Part shown: positions 10,636-21,400 of the stretch, piece by piece | Numbering within the stretch: position 1 is the first letter of the stretch | Layout: each line of letters begins with the position of its first letter | Source of the DNA: an uncultured delta proteobacterium | Lineage (GTDB): Bacteria; Myxococcota_A; Polyangia; Polyangiales; B10-G4 | Length of the DNA: 64,000 bases | Direction: 5' to 3' | Assembly (NCBI GenBank): GCA_963727445.1 | Contig: CAVSGI010000020.1 | Location: 672,001 to 736,000, forward strand | The notes under the pieces: model-generated | What the model saw: only the letters and a program-made list of their open reading frames with translations | Database searches by the model: none | Told to the model about the DNA's origin: nothing | Made by a program: the position numbers and the translations under genes

Positions 10636-11775
10636 TCACTCGACCGATGACGCTCGCAGGACGGGCTGCGGGTCCTGGCTCAGCGCGATCCCGATGGCCG
10701 CGGCCGCGCCGCCCAGCACCACCACGCCGACGACGGTCCAGAGCCAGGGCGAAGCGAGGATCGAGCTGCCTTCTTCGGCGGCCGGGGCTTCGGGCGTGGT
10801 CTCGGCGGGCAGCCCGGTGACGAGCGCCCGAACGCTCCCCTCGCCTGGAGCCACCGACCCGGCGCTCACGGCGCCATCCGAGAGACGTAGCGCGAGGGCG
10901 GCGCCCGTGCTCTGCACGCGGATCACCACGTTCGTGGCGTAGCGATCGGCGAGCAGCTCGCGTGCGCTCTCGGGAAGCGCGGCCAGGGCGGCGTCGTCAG
11001 TGTGCAGGATCTGGCGCGACAGGGCGGTCTCGCCCGCCAGGGGCAGATCGACGTCGAGGGGCGCGTTTCCGCCGGACGCGATCTGGACCGTGAGGTTTCG
11101 GGGGGCCCGGCCGAACGCCTGGAAGGAGAGATAGTGCTGACCCGGCGCGGCGTGGAGCGTGATGGGAGAAGGTCCGGCAGCTTCGCCGTCGATGAAGACG
11201 GTCGCGCCCGCCGGCTCGGTGGTCACCGCCAGCGCCGCCGGCGCTTCGGCGCGCGCCTCGGTCGCGACCTCCTGGTAGAGGGCGACGATGTCGGGCGGAA
11301 ACTCGATATCGGAGAGCGCCGCGTTCGGGTCGAGGAGCGCGGCGGCGGTGAGGGCGCTCCGCGCGCGATCCTCGCGCCCGAGGTTCGACTCGAACAGGCC
11401 GCGGTAACAGAGCGCCTGGTGCAGCGCGTTCCAGTCCGCGGGCTCTGACGCTTCTGATTCGAGGAGCACCTGTGCTTCGCCGATCTCGGCGAGCGCTTCG
11501 GCGTTTTCGAACCGCACGGCGTGTGCGCGGGCCTCTTCGAAGAGGGGCGCGACGCGCGCGGCGGCGGTCTCGGCAGGGGCGATCTCGCTCACCCGCCCCG
11601 CGCTCTCGGCGAGCGCCAGTCTTTCGACCGTTTCCGACTGAGCGAGGATCACCGCCTCGGCGGGATCGACCGCTCGCGCCGTCGGGGTCGTGGCCGCCGG
11701 TGTCGTCGCGGCGCCGCAAGCGGTGAGCGAGAGAGCGAAGCCGATCCACGTGGCGAGGTGCGAGGGCCTGCTCAC
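10636..11775 (-). CDS. PEGA-domain lipoprotein with TPR-like helix and C-terminal TM anchor
   Basis: Lipobox LTAC; 'VTTEPAGATVFIDG..GPSP'; 'SPWLWTVVGVVVLGGAAAAIG'; GTGA overlap with the upstream gene. Confidence 0.85.
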   Translation of the reverse strand: MSRPSHLATWIGFALSLTACGAATTPAATTPTARAVDPAEAVILAQSETVERLALAESAGRVSEIAPAETAAARVAPLFEEARAHAVRFENAEALAEIGEAQVLLESEASEPADWNALHQALCYRGLFESNLGREDRARSALTAAALLDPNAALSDIEFPPDIVALYQEVATEARAEAPAALAVTTEPAGATVFIDGEAAGPSPITLHAAPGQHYLSFQAFGRAPRNLTVQIASGGNAPLDVDLPLAGETALSRQILHTDDAALAALPESARELLADRYATNVVIRVQSTGAALALRLSDGAVSAGSVAPGEGSVRALVTGLPAETTPEAPAAEEGSSILASPWLWTVVGVVVLGGAAAAIGIALSQDPQPVLRASSVE

Positions 11776-13322
11776 GGCAACACCACATCCGAAAAGTAGA
11801 GGCCAGCGTAGGGCACCGCGTCCACCGTCATGTCCGCGAGGTTCAGCCGACTGCCGCCGACCACGAGCACGGTTCCGTCGACGAGCAACGTCGCGCTGTG
11901 GAACACGAGCGGCGGGGCTCCGTGCATCGGGACCGTTCGCGTGCTGACGACCTCGCAGGTGCATCCGCGGACCTGAAGAAGCGTACCGTCGTCCCGGGCG
12001 GTGGACCCGTTCTGACCGCCCACGAGCAGGAGATCGATCTCCCCCGCCCCGTCGTTGACCAACACGGTCTGATGGTCGCGCCGCGGCTGGGGAAGAGCGC
12101 CTACACGCCTCAGCTGCAACATGGAGGGGTCGGTGCTCAGCGGTGTGCAGAAGATGCCGTCGAGGGTCGTGTCGGGGTCGGTGCTGGGGTCGGGACGCAC
12201 GCCTCCGCCCGTCACGTAGATGGCGCCGGTTGTGACCGATCCGCTCTCCACACACGGCACGACGCCGCCGGTCATGGCGACCCACCCAGGTCCCGGGTCG
12301 CTCGCCGCTTCGACGGGGATCGGGATGGAGCAGGGCGCACCCGCTGCCCCGCAGCCCGGCGTCAGCAGCGCCACCGGATCTGCGCCGTACCCATCGCCGC
12401 CGATGGAGAGCGTTGCCGTTCCGAGCGGGATCAGCTGTGGGCTGGCGCGCGTCGCTCCGGGGAGGGCTGCGTCGTCCACCACGCGCCCCAGCGTCTCGTC
12501 CAGGGTGGTGAGGGTGGGCCCGGCGCGCTGGCCGCCGTGGACGGCGACGTTTCCGTTCTCGATCCTGGCGGCGCTCGGGCGGCAGCGGGGAGAGGGGAGC
12601 GTGGGGAGATCGCTGCGCGGCGTGGGCCAGACCACCTCCATCGTGTCGAAGCAACTCCCGTCGGGGATGGAGGTGCCTCCGATGGCCGCGACTTCGCCGC
12701 CGTCGAGGGCGAGCGCGGCTGGGAACACGCGCGGGGCGTCGAGCGCGCCAACCACCGCAAACGCACCGGTGCGCATGTCGTATCGCTCCACTGTCGTCAC
12801 ACCGTCTCGCCAGAAGGTCGGCGCCGACGGGTCGAGGCGAGCCGCGCCGCCCAGCACCAGCGCGCCCTCGGCGACGGGGGCTGCGCCGTGCGTCAGGCGC
12901 GGCGAAAGCGGGGGCCGGCGCGTTGGCTGTATCTCGTCGACGCACCCGACCGAGATCACCACCTGGTCGCCTTGGAGGCTGTGCACGAAGGGAAGGCTTC
13001 GGCCGGCCACGCGATCGGCGGAGACACACCCGGAGCGAGCGCCGAACACCACGGCCGCGGCGAAGGTGTGGCCCTCGGGAAGAAGGTCGAAGTCGGGAAA
13101 CGAGACGCCTTCGAGGAGGTCGCCCGCCTGGCCGCTCCACGACATCGAGATCGATTCGTCGCCCGTCATCGCCGGGTCGCCGAGGTCGACGAAGAGGATA
13201 TCTGCCGTCGTGAAGTCGCGGCTGGGATCGAGGGCGTCGTCGTGGACGAGGGCGAGCTCGAGCTCCGGACCGCCGGCACACCCGAGCATCCCCAGCACCA
13301 CAGCGATGATCGCAGGCGGCAT
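11772..13322 (-). CDS. kelch-repeat (beta-propeller) lipoprotein
   Basis: Lipobox MLGC; repeated 'PR..H/P.A...G..LV.GG' kelch motifs. Confidence 0.8.
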   Translation of the reverse strand: MPPAIIAVVLGMLGCAGGPELELALVHDDALDPSRDFTTADILFVDLGDPAMTGDESISMSWSGQAGDLLEGVSFPDFDLLPEGHTFAAAVVFGARSGCVSADRVAGRSLPFVHSLQGDQVVISVGCVDEIQPTRRPPLSPRLTHGAAPVAEGALVLGGAARLDPSAPTFWRDGVTTVERYDMRTGAFAVVGALDAPRVFPAALALDGGEVAAIGGTSIPDGSCFDTMEVVWPTPRSDLPTLPSPRCRPSAARIENGNVAVHGGQRAGPTLTTLDETLGRVVDDAALPGATRASPQLIPLGTATLSIGGDGYGADPVALLTPGCGAAGAPCSIPIPVEAASDPGPGWVAMTGGVVPCVESGSVTTGAIYVTGGGVRPDPSTDPDTTLDGIFCTPLSTDPSMLQLRRVGALPQPRRDHQTVLVNDGAGEIDLLLVGGQNGSTARDDGTLLQVRGCTCEVVSTRTVPMHGAPPLVFHSATLLVDGTVLVVGGSRLNLADMTVDAVPYAGLYFSDVVLP

Positions 13323-13362
13323 CGAGCGGAAGATACACGAGGAAGCGTGGTAATCTCACGGC

Positions 13363-14787
13363 TTGCACTGGCGTGTGGGCATGGCGTTGCTGGTGGCCGC
13401 CGCGGCTTGTGGGGGTGGCGACGGCCAGCTCATCCTCGACCTCCGAACCGACCTCCGTGCCGGCTCGGACTTCATCGACATCCGGACGCGTGTTTTCCTC
13501 GGGGACGAGACCACGGTCGAGCGTGAGGTCGTCACCCCCGCGCCTGCAGCGCGTGACCTCTCCACGGGCTTTCGCGTCGCGGAGATCGGAGGCCTCGAGG
13601 CGGGGCCCACGCGGGTGGAGATCGCGCTCCTCGACGGGGCGAGCGCGGTCGTGGCGGATCGCACCATCCGCGTCGAAGTCTCGGGGGCGACGGCGATCAG
13701 CGTCTCGGTCTCTCGGACCTGCACCGGCGTGGTCTGCCCGGGCGCCTCGGATGCGCCGGAGGCGACGGAGTGCCTCGGGGGACGGTGCGTGACACCGATG
13801 TGCGCCGAGGGGGACGCGACGGCCTGCGAGGTGCCGGAGCTCTCCCTCGCCGAGCTCTTGCGCCAGTCCGTCGAGGCGAGCTGCGAGGCGGCGTCCGCAT
13901 GTCTCGGAGCGGCTTTCGATTTCGCCTTTCGTGGAGACGACTGCGCGTCGTACCTCGAGCCGCGTGTCGGGGGCGCCGTCGTCGACGTCTTGCAGCATTC
14001 GCTGGTCGAGGGGCGCGTCAACTACCACCCGGAGGCGGCCTTCGGGTGTTTGAACGCGCTCCGCACGAGCTGTCGTGGTTACGGGCTGACCAAGCAATTC
14101 CTCGAGTGTGTCGACGCGATCGAAGGAACGGTCGAGCTGGGCGGCGACTGTCTCACCGAGTTCGACTGCGCGGGGGTGGAGAGCTATTGCCGTTATGACT
14201 CTTGCCCCGGCCGATGCGAGCCCCGTGGGGCGGTGGGGGACAGCTGCACCATCGGCGAAGAGTGCGGGATCGATCTCCACTGCACCGACGGCGCGTGCGC
14301 GGAGGTCGTCGCCGAGGGAGAGCCTTGCGTGGAGGGAACGCAGGCGTGTGCCTACGACAGCATCTGCGTCGCGCGCCCGCCCGGCGCCGGAGCGACGTGC
14401 GTGAAGAACGCGGAGTTCTTCGCTGCCGGGGATGGCGAGGCGTGTGGGCCCGCGGCGGGTGAATACTGCGGAGACGGGCTGAGCTGCGACGTGATGTCCG
14501 CGACGTGCACTCCAAAAGCCACGAGCGGTGGGGCGTGCACCAACGCGTTTCCGGATCCGTGTCCGACGGCGGAGTACTGTGACTCGACCACGCTCACTTG
14601 CACGGCGCTCCCGCTCGCGGGCGAAGTCTGCGCCATGGTCGACGGAGTCCCGCGCTGCGGGGCGGGCCATCAGTGCGACTCCGGGACGTGCGTCCGCCTT
14701 CTCGACGTCGGGGAGACGTGCACGTCGAGCTTGGAGTGCACGACGACGCTCTGCATCCTCGGCCGCTGCGCCAGCAGCTGCGAGTGA
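13363..14787 (+). CDS. large Cys-rich lipoprotein
   Basis: Lipobox AAAC; many 'G..C....C..G..C...C' repeats; TGnTAATCT 6 nt upstream of the TTG. Confidence 0.85.
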   Translation: MHWRVGMALLVAAAACGGGDGQLILDLRTDLRAGSDFIDIRTRVFLGDETTVEREVVTPAPAARDLSTGFRVAEIGGLEAGPTRVEIALLDGASAVVADRTIRVEVSGATAISVSVSRTCTGVVCPGASDAPEATECLGGRCVTPMCAEGDATACEVPELSLAELLRQSVEASCEAASACLGAAFDFAFRGDDCASYLEPRVGGAVVDVLQHSLVEGRVNYHPEAAFGCLNALRTSCRGYGLTKQFLECVDAIEGTVELGGDCLTEFDCAGVESYCRYDSCPGRCEPRGAVGDSCTIGEECGIDLHCTDGACAEVVAEGEPCVEGTQACAYDSICVARPPGAGATCVKNAEFFAAGDGEACGPAAGEYCGDGLSCDVMSATCTPKATSGGACTNAFPDPCPTAEYCDSTTLTCTALPLAGEVCAMVDGVPRCGAGHQCDSGTCVRLLDVGETCTSSLECTTTLCILGRCASSCE

Positions 14788-15051
14788 TCAGTCGCCCGTC
14801 TTGCAGGCACGCGACTCGAAGAAGTCGACCTGCACCGGCTCCGTTCCCCGGAAGGTGACCACCCAGGTTCGGTAGACCTCGCCCTTTTCGAGGTCCGCCT
14901 TGCGGCGCGCGTCGATGTAGACGAGCCGTTGTTCCGGATGCTCGACCACGTATGCATCTCCCACACCCTCCCGAACGACGTCGGCGTCTGGGTGCACCTG
15001 GGCGATCAACGATAGCGCCGCTTCGAGCTCGGCGGGCGAGGGGCTGTGCAT
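14788..15051 (-). CDS. small hypothetical protein
   Basis: 87 aa ORF with GC3 bias, follows the upstream gene after a 6-nt gap. Confidence 0.55.
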   Translation of the reverse strand: MHSPSPAELEAALSLIAQVHPDADVVREGVGDAYVVEHPEQRLVYIDARRKADLEKGEVYRTWVVTFRGTEPVQVDFFESRACKTGD

Positions 15052-15057
15052 GGGCCG

Positions 15058-16689
15058 TCAGGGGGCGGCGGCGCACGCCTGTTCGAAGATGTACTCGCCG
15101 TCGGCGACGTTGCGGTAGACGGTGCCGGCGGGGCAGGCGTCCTCGGAGAGGGCGATGGCCATGCACTTGTCGATGCAGAGGTTTCCGCTGGGGGAGCCGC
15201 AGTCGGTGTGCGTAGTGCAATCGCGGCCGATGGCGTCCACATTGGCGAAGGGGTGGAGGTGGTCGTTTTCGTCGATGCCGGTGACGCCATAGAAGACCTT
15301 CGCCTCCTGGTTGGCGTCGTTGAAGTTGAGGCTGCTGATCAGGGCGTAGTAGCTCGGGGCGACGAGCTCGCCGTCGATGTAGCGGTCGTTTCCATACCCG
15401 GTAAAGACCTCACCGGTGCCGATCAGCTGCATCAGGAGCTCGGGCCCGCCCTGACCGACGGAGAAATTGACGGTGGTGATCACGTCGAGGTTGCCGACGT
15501 TCTTGTCGGGATGGGCATAGAGCATGTCGGCGTACTGAGAGTAGGTCTGGCAGCCCGCGGCGATGACAAGTTGCTGCTTGTCGGTGAAAGGCGCGGTGGC
15601 GAACTCGTCCTGGCCGACCTGGGCCTCGCCCGCGGCGTCGAGGTAGAAGCCGTAGTAGGGGCCGGCATGACCGTTGTAGAAGAAGACGTCGCGGGTCGTG
15701 ATCTCGGAGAGGGCCAGGTCGTGCTGGCGCACGCGGTCGTCGGTGAACATCTCGCTGTGGAAGATGCGCACCTCCACGCGCACGTCGCGTCCGCCGACCT
15801 GGATGGTGCGGGTGAGGGGGCCGCTGTCGGGGGTGAGGCGGGCGAAGCGATCGAGCGCGTCCGTCGTCGCCTCGTCGGGCATCGCCAGAACGGCCCCAAC
15901 CTTGTCCTTCACCACCATGTTCGGTGTGTCGCCGTAGGTCACCGAGTCGAGGTCGAAGCCAAGGTTCGCGAGATAGTAGAAGAAGATGAAGCCCTCGATG
16001 AGGTCGGTGCGCTCGTCGTTGTAGTCGTGCCCCTGGAAGAGGGTGATGTCGTAGAGCCCGTCGCCGACGAAGTAGTCGTACGCCGGGTAGGCGTCGGCGA
16101 TCTGCGGGAGGGCGCGGATGGACAGGCTGAGTGTCTCTGTCTCACCCGTGTAGGTGGCGGGATCGAAGCCCCGAATCGCGCTCAGCTCGTCGCCGTCGCT
16201 GATGGTGGCGTCCTTGGGCATGACCAGGTCGAAGGTGTCGCCCCCGAGCATGTCGACGAGGGTGGGCGGTCCCGCGACATCGACGGTGAAGGAGACGGTG
16301 ACGCCCGCAGTCGGGTCGCCGGAGACGACCAGGTCGTCGAAGGAGCGATTGCGCACCATCGCATCGAAGCCGCCGTAGTTGGGGTTGTCGAAGTACTCGT
16401 CGAGCTTGTCCGTGACGAAGGTCGTCAGGTAGACGCCGATGGCGGAGAGCCGTCGATCGATCACCTCGGCCCGCTTCGTCTCATCCGCCCAATCCGCATC
16501 CGAGATGGTCACCGGCGTGGTGCCCGTGACCTCGAACTCGTAGGCCACGTCGCTGTAGAAATCGTCGGCCTTGCCGGGGTCGACCAGCGTCAGGCCGCCG
16601 CCTGGACCGCCGCCGTCGCCCCCGACGCCGCAACCGAGAGCACCGATGACCGCGAGAGGCAGCACGAAGGGCACGAGACGAGATCGCAT
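15058..16689 (-). CDS. GKADD-motif lipoprotein with putative clan-CD (His-Cys) protease-like domain
   Basis: Lipobox ALGC; 'GKADD'; 'FFYNGHAG' and 'VIAAGCQT'; Cys-rich C-terminus. Confidence 0.75.
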   Translation of the reverse strand: MRSRLVPFVLPLAVIGALGCGVGGDGGGPGGGLTLVDPGKADDFYSDVAYEFEVTGTTPVTISDADWADETKRAEVIDRRLSAIGVYLTTFVTDKLDEYFDNPNYGGFDAMVRNRSFDDLVVSGDPTAGVTVSFTVDVAGPPTLVDMLGGDTFDLVMPKDATISDGDELSAIRGFDPATYTGETETLSLSIRALPQIADAYPAYDYFVGDGLYDITLFQGHDYNDERTDLIEGFIFFYYLANLGFDLDSVTYGDTPNMVVKDKVGAVLAMPDEATTDALDRFARLTPDSGPLTRTIQVGGRDVRVEVRIFHSEMFTDDRVRQHDLALSEITTRDVFFYNGHAGPYYGFYLDAAGEAQVGQDEFATAPFTDKQQLVIAAGCQTYSQYADMLYAHPDKNVGNLDVITTVNFSVGQGGPELLMQLIGTGEVFTGYGNDRYIDGELVAPSYYALISSLNFNDANQEAKVFYGVTGIDENDHLHPFANVDAIGRDCTTHTDCGSPSGNLCIDKCMAIALSEDACPAGTVYRNVADGEYIFEQACAAAP

Positions 16690-16793
16690 GACGAGATGAT
16701 ACAGAAGAGAGAGCAGAGGTGGTCCATCGGTCGGCGCCCCGGCTCGCATGACAAGCGCGCGATCGGTCCTATCTGAGGGGGCGTCGCGCTCCG

Positions 16794-18002
<1,209 letters not shown>

Positions 18003-18700
18003 GGGGGGAGTCGCGACGAGCACCTCGGTGCAGATGCCGAGGGTGCAGATCACCTCGTGGTGCAGGACGTGCCAGCTCTCGGCGAAAGAGACGAGGTCGA
18101 GGGGGCGGCAGCCGCCGACCAGCTTCGGATTCAGCGCGTGAATCGCCGACCAGGCGCGGCACAGGGCGCGCGAGGGAGCGTTCGTGCCGTGGGTCAGGCT
18201 GGCGAGGCAGAGCCGGCCACCGGGACGGAGCACCCGCCGGGCCTCATCGAAGACCTCGCGTATGTCCGCCTCGCTCAACAGATCGAGGACATAGGTGCAG
18301 ACAAAGCGATCCTGGCTGCCGTCGTCGAGGTCCAGAGAGAGCGAGCCGTCGCTCTTTCGCACCGCCGCCCGGTTCGACCATCGCGCGACCCTGCGCTGCG
18401 CCAGGTCGACCATGGTGCTGCTGATGTCGAGGCCGATGTAGGTCGCTCTCTGGGGTAGCTCCTCGTCGAGGAGGCGCTCCGCCAGGCGCCCGGTCCCGCA
18501 GCCCAGCTCCACCACCGCGTGAGCCGAGCCGAATTCCGCGTGCCTCAGGAGCGCGTCGATGGCGGGGTCTTCGTAGATGCTCTGGAGATCCTGCTTCCGC
18601 CCGAAGCGGTCGTAGAAATCCTTCGCCTGATCGTGAGAGAGAACGCGGGCCATGCCTCGGCTATAAGCCCCGACGACCCCCTGGCAATAGGGGCTTCGGC

Positions 18701-19108
18701 TCAGCCGCGCGATTGGATGAGCTTCCAGCCATTGCCGGAGGGGTCGCGGAAGCTCGCATCCACGGCGCCGTAGCGTTCGACCGGCTCCTGGGTGAACTCG
18801 ACCCCCGCGGCGCTCATCCGATCATAGGCGGCGCGGCAATCGTCGACGACGAGGACCAGCGGCGGCATCGCGCCTTTCGCCACCATCTCGCGGAGGGTGC
18901 GCGCCGTCTCCGCATCGACCATCGGCGACTCCGGGACGAAGAGACCGAGCTGGAAGGATGGCTGGTCGGGGTGTTGCACCGTGAGCCAGCGGTAGTCGCC
19001 GTTCTTCACGTCGGTGTGCACCCCGAACCCGAGCTTCTCCACGTAGAACTGGAGAGCTTCCTCCTGATCGCGCACGTACAGACCCACTACATCGACACCC
19101 TGGCTCAT
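18701..19108 (-). CDS. VOC (glyoxalase/bleomycin resistance) family protein
   Basis: 'VRDQEEALQFYVEKLGF', 'FRDPSGN'. Confidence 0.95.
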   Translation of the reverse strand: MSQGVDVVGLYVRDQEEALQFYVEKLGFGVHTDVKNGDYRWLTVQHPDQPSFQLGLFVPESPMVDAETARTLREMVAKGAMPPLVLVVDDCRAAYDRMSAAGVEFTQEPVERYGAVDASFRDPSGNGWKLIQSRG

Positions 19109-19575
19109 GGGACCTCGCTTTCTTCGGATCCGTTCTTATCGCCGGTGACGCGCCGTCGCTTCTCCGAAACTGCGATCCTGAGGTCGGGCCTGTTGGCGGC
19201 GCTGAGAAAGCAGGGTGGCACTTCGTCGAGCGCGTGATTCGCGGCCTTCTCGCGCGCCCGAAGCTCGCTCGGGCTCTCGCCGAGCACGTCGCGAAATGTG
19301 CGGCCGAAGGTGCCGACGCTCTTCCAGCCCGTCTCGAGGGCGATCTCGGTGATCGACAACTCCGTGTCGCGAAGCAGTGCCTTCGCACGCTCCAGGCGCC
19401 GGCTGAGCAGGTACCGATGAGGAGGCACGCCGAAGGCCTGCTTGAACGCGCGCGCGAAATGGGCTTCGGAGCAGCCGCTCACCCGCGCCAGCCGGCGGAC
19501 TGGCCACTCCTCGTGCGAGGCGGCGTCCATCCGGTCTTTTGCGCGCAATAGACGCCGCAGCAGCTCGGGATCCAC
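19105..19575 (-). CDS. short AraC-family regulator
   Basis: 'SEAHFARAFKQAFGVPPHRYL..RRLERAKALL..SITEIA'. Confidence 0.95.
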   Translation of the reverse strand: MDPELLRRLLRAKDRMDAASHEEWPVRRLARVSGCSEAHFARAFKQAFGVPPHRYLLSRRLERAKALLRDTELSITEIALETGWKSVGTFGRTFRDVLGESPSELRAREKAANHALDEVPPCFLSAANRPDLRIAVSEKRRRVTGDKNGSEESEVP

Positions 19576-19660
19576 GGGAAGAGAGGATTGGCGGGCGCCG
19601 CCGGGCAGTCAACCGAGGACGGCGCTCGCCTCCGTGAAATCCGGAACTAGTGAATTCGGC

Positions 19661-20284
19661 ATGGCCAATCCACACAAGAAGACCGTGATCACCGTGCTGT
19701 CGACCCTGGTCGTGGCGTTCGCGCTCGCAGTGCTCGGGGCGCTCGCGGTCGACTACTCGGGCGTGGTCGACGTCGCAGCGACGAACCGGGCTTCCGGCGT
19801 GCTCGGGTGGTTTCTCGAGTCGACGCGGGATCACTCGATCGAGGCACGGGCGAGCCACATTCGCGTGCCGGAGCTGGGCGGCGCCCACGTCCTCGAAGTC
19901 GGCGCCGACCACTACCATCAGATGTGCGTCGGCTGTCACGGGGCGCCAGGAGTGGAAGTGAGTGATGCGTCTCGCGGCATGGAGCCGCGGCCGCCCGATC
20001 TCGACGAAGGGCCCGAGATGTCGCGCGAGGAGGCGGCGGAGACGTTCTGGATCGTCAAGAACGGGATTCAGATGACCGGCATGCCCGCGTTCGGAGAGAC
20101 CCATGACGACGACGAGCTATGGGCGATCGTCGCCTTCGTCGCGAAGCTTCGCGAGATGAGCCCCGACGATTACGACGCGGCTACCACGAGCGAAGGGGAG
20201 GAGGACGAGACGCACCACGCATCGCTCCTGCCCTCGGAAGCTTCGGCGGCGCCGGCGGTTGACGTCAACGCACACGGCGAGTAG
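19661..20284 (+). CDS. membrane-anchored monoheme cytochrome c
   Basis: N-terminal TM; 'CVGCHGAPG'; 'FWIVKNGIQMTGMPAF'. Confidence 0.92.
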   Translation: MANPHKKTVITVLSTLVVAFALAVLGALAVDYSGVVDVAATNRASGVLGWFLESTRDHSIEARASHIRVPELGGAHVLEVGADHYHQMCVGCHGAPGVEVSDASRGMEPRPPDLDEGPEMSREEAAETFWIVKNGIQMTGMPAFGETHDDDELWAIVAFVAKLREMSPDDYDAATTSEGEEDETHHASLLPSEASAAPAVDVNAHGE

Positions 20285-20296
20285 CTGGGCAGGAGA

Positions 20297-21319
20297 ATGG
20301 ACGTGCCCGCTATCGAGCTCATCTACGACGACGACTGCCCGAACGTGGCGGAGGCGCGCGACAACCTCCGGCAGGCGCTCGCATCCCTCGAGATGTCGCC
20401 GCACTGGCAGGAATGGTCGCGCGACGACGACGCGAGCCCTCCACACGTTCGCCGGTATGGCTCGCCGACGATCCTGGTCGAGGAGCGCGACGTGGCTTGG
20501 GGGGACGCGCCGGCCGGTGGCTCTTGCTGTCGTCTCTACGCTCAGTCCGATGGGAGCATGCGGGGCGCGCCCAGTGTGGACACGATCACCGCCGCGCTCG
20601 CGCGCGTCACGGCGACGATGGAATCCAGGCGCTCTTTCCTTGTGGGCGCAGGCGCGAGCACCGCGCTCCTCTTCTCCGGATGCGGGGGCCAGTCCGGCAG
20701 CGCGCCGCCCGCGCAGTCGCCCGCGGGCGGCCGTGGCGAAGGGGAGGTCTCGGTCAACGAAGACCTCATGCGCGAGCACGGCGTGCTGCGCCGCCTCCTT
20801 CTGATCTACGAGGCGTCGCGAGCGCTCTTGGCCATGGACGCGGGGTTTCAGGCGGCGCCCCTCTACCGCGCGGCGGGCCTCGTGCAGCGGTTCATCGAGC
20901 AGTACCACGAGAAGCTCGAAGAGGATCATCTCTTCCCGCGCTTCGAGCGCGCGGGGCGACTCGTCGCGCTGGTCACGACCCTGCGCGAGCAGCATCTCGC
21001 CGGACGCCGCGTCACCGAGGCGATCCTCGAACAGACCGGGCAGGGCGAAGCGTCAGCGGACGCCGAGGGCCTGACCCGGGCGATCGACTCTTTCCTTCGG
21101 ATGTACCGGCCGCACGCCGCGCGCGAGGACACGGTCCTCTTTCCGGCCCTACGAGAGATCGTCAGCGCGTCGGAGCTCGTCGAGCTCGGCGAGCAATTCG
21201 AGGAGATCGAGCATCAGCGCTTCGGCGAGCGCGGCTTCGAGAGCGTCGTGGAAGAGGTCGCCGAGATCGAACGCGACCTCGGGATCCACGACCTCGCCCA
21301 GTTCACGCCGCGACAGTGA
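20297..21319 (+). CDS. fusion of thioredoxin-like Cys domain and Tat-lipoprotein hemerythrin-domain protein
   Basis: 'DCPNV...YGSPTILV...SCCRLY', then internal 'MESRRSFL...LFSGC' at 20618, then 'LMREHG..YHEKLEE..EQH..HAAREDTVLFP'. Confidence 0.8.
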   Translation: MDVPAIELIYDDDCPNVAEARDNLRQALASLEMSPHWQEWSRDDDASPPHVRRYGSPTILVEERDVAWGDAPAGGSCCRLYAQSDGSMRGAPSVDTITAALARVTATMESRRSFLVGAGASTALLFSGCGGQSGSAPPAQSPAGGRGEGEVSVNEDLMREHGVLRRLLLIYEASRALLAMDAGFQAAPLYRAAGLVQRFIEQYHEKLEEDHLFPRFERAGRLVALVTTLREQHLAGRRVTEAILEQTGQGEASADAEGLTRAIDSFLRMYRPHAAREDTVLFPALREIVSASELVELGEQFEEIEHQRFGERGFESVVEEVAEIERDLGIHDLAQFTPRQ

Positions 21320-21400
21320 GTTGCCAGCAGCGATCCGTCGCCGAGAACGTCCGCCCCTACCTCTCAGGACCGGTCCAGCGCGAGGTCGGTCCGATCCTCT

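Noticed and set aside
10636..14670. Very long ORFs in the track (1344 aa here; also 24512-28102, 58298-61312, 46096-48489)
   Set aside because: Arg/Pro/Ala-rich shadow frames typical of high-GC DNA; where real, only the 3' portions are genes
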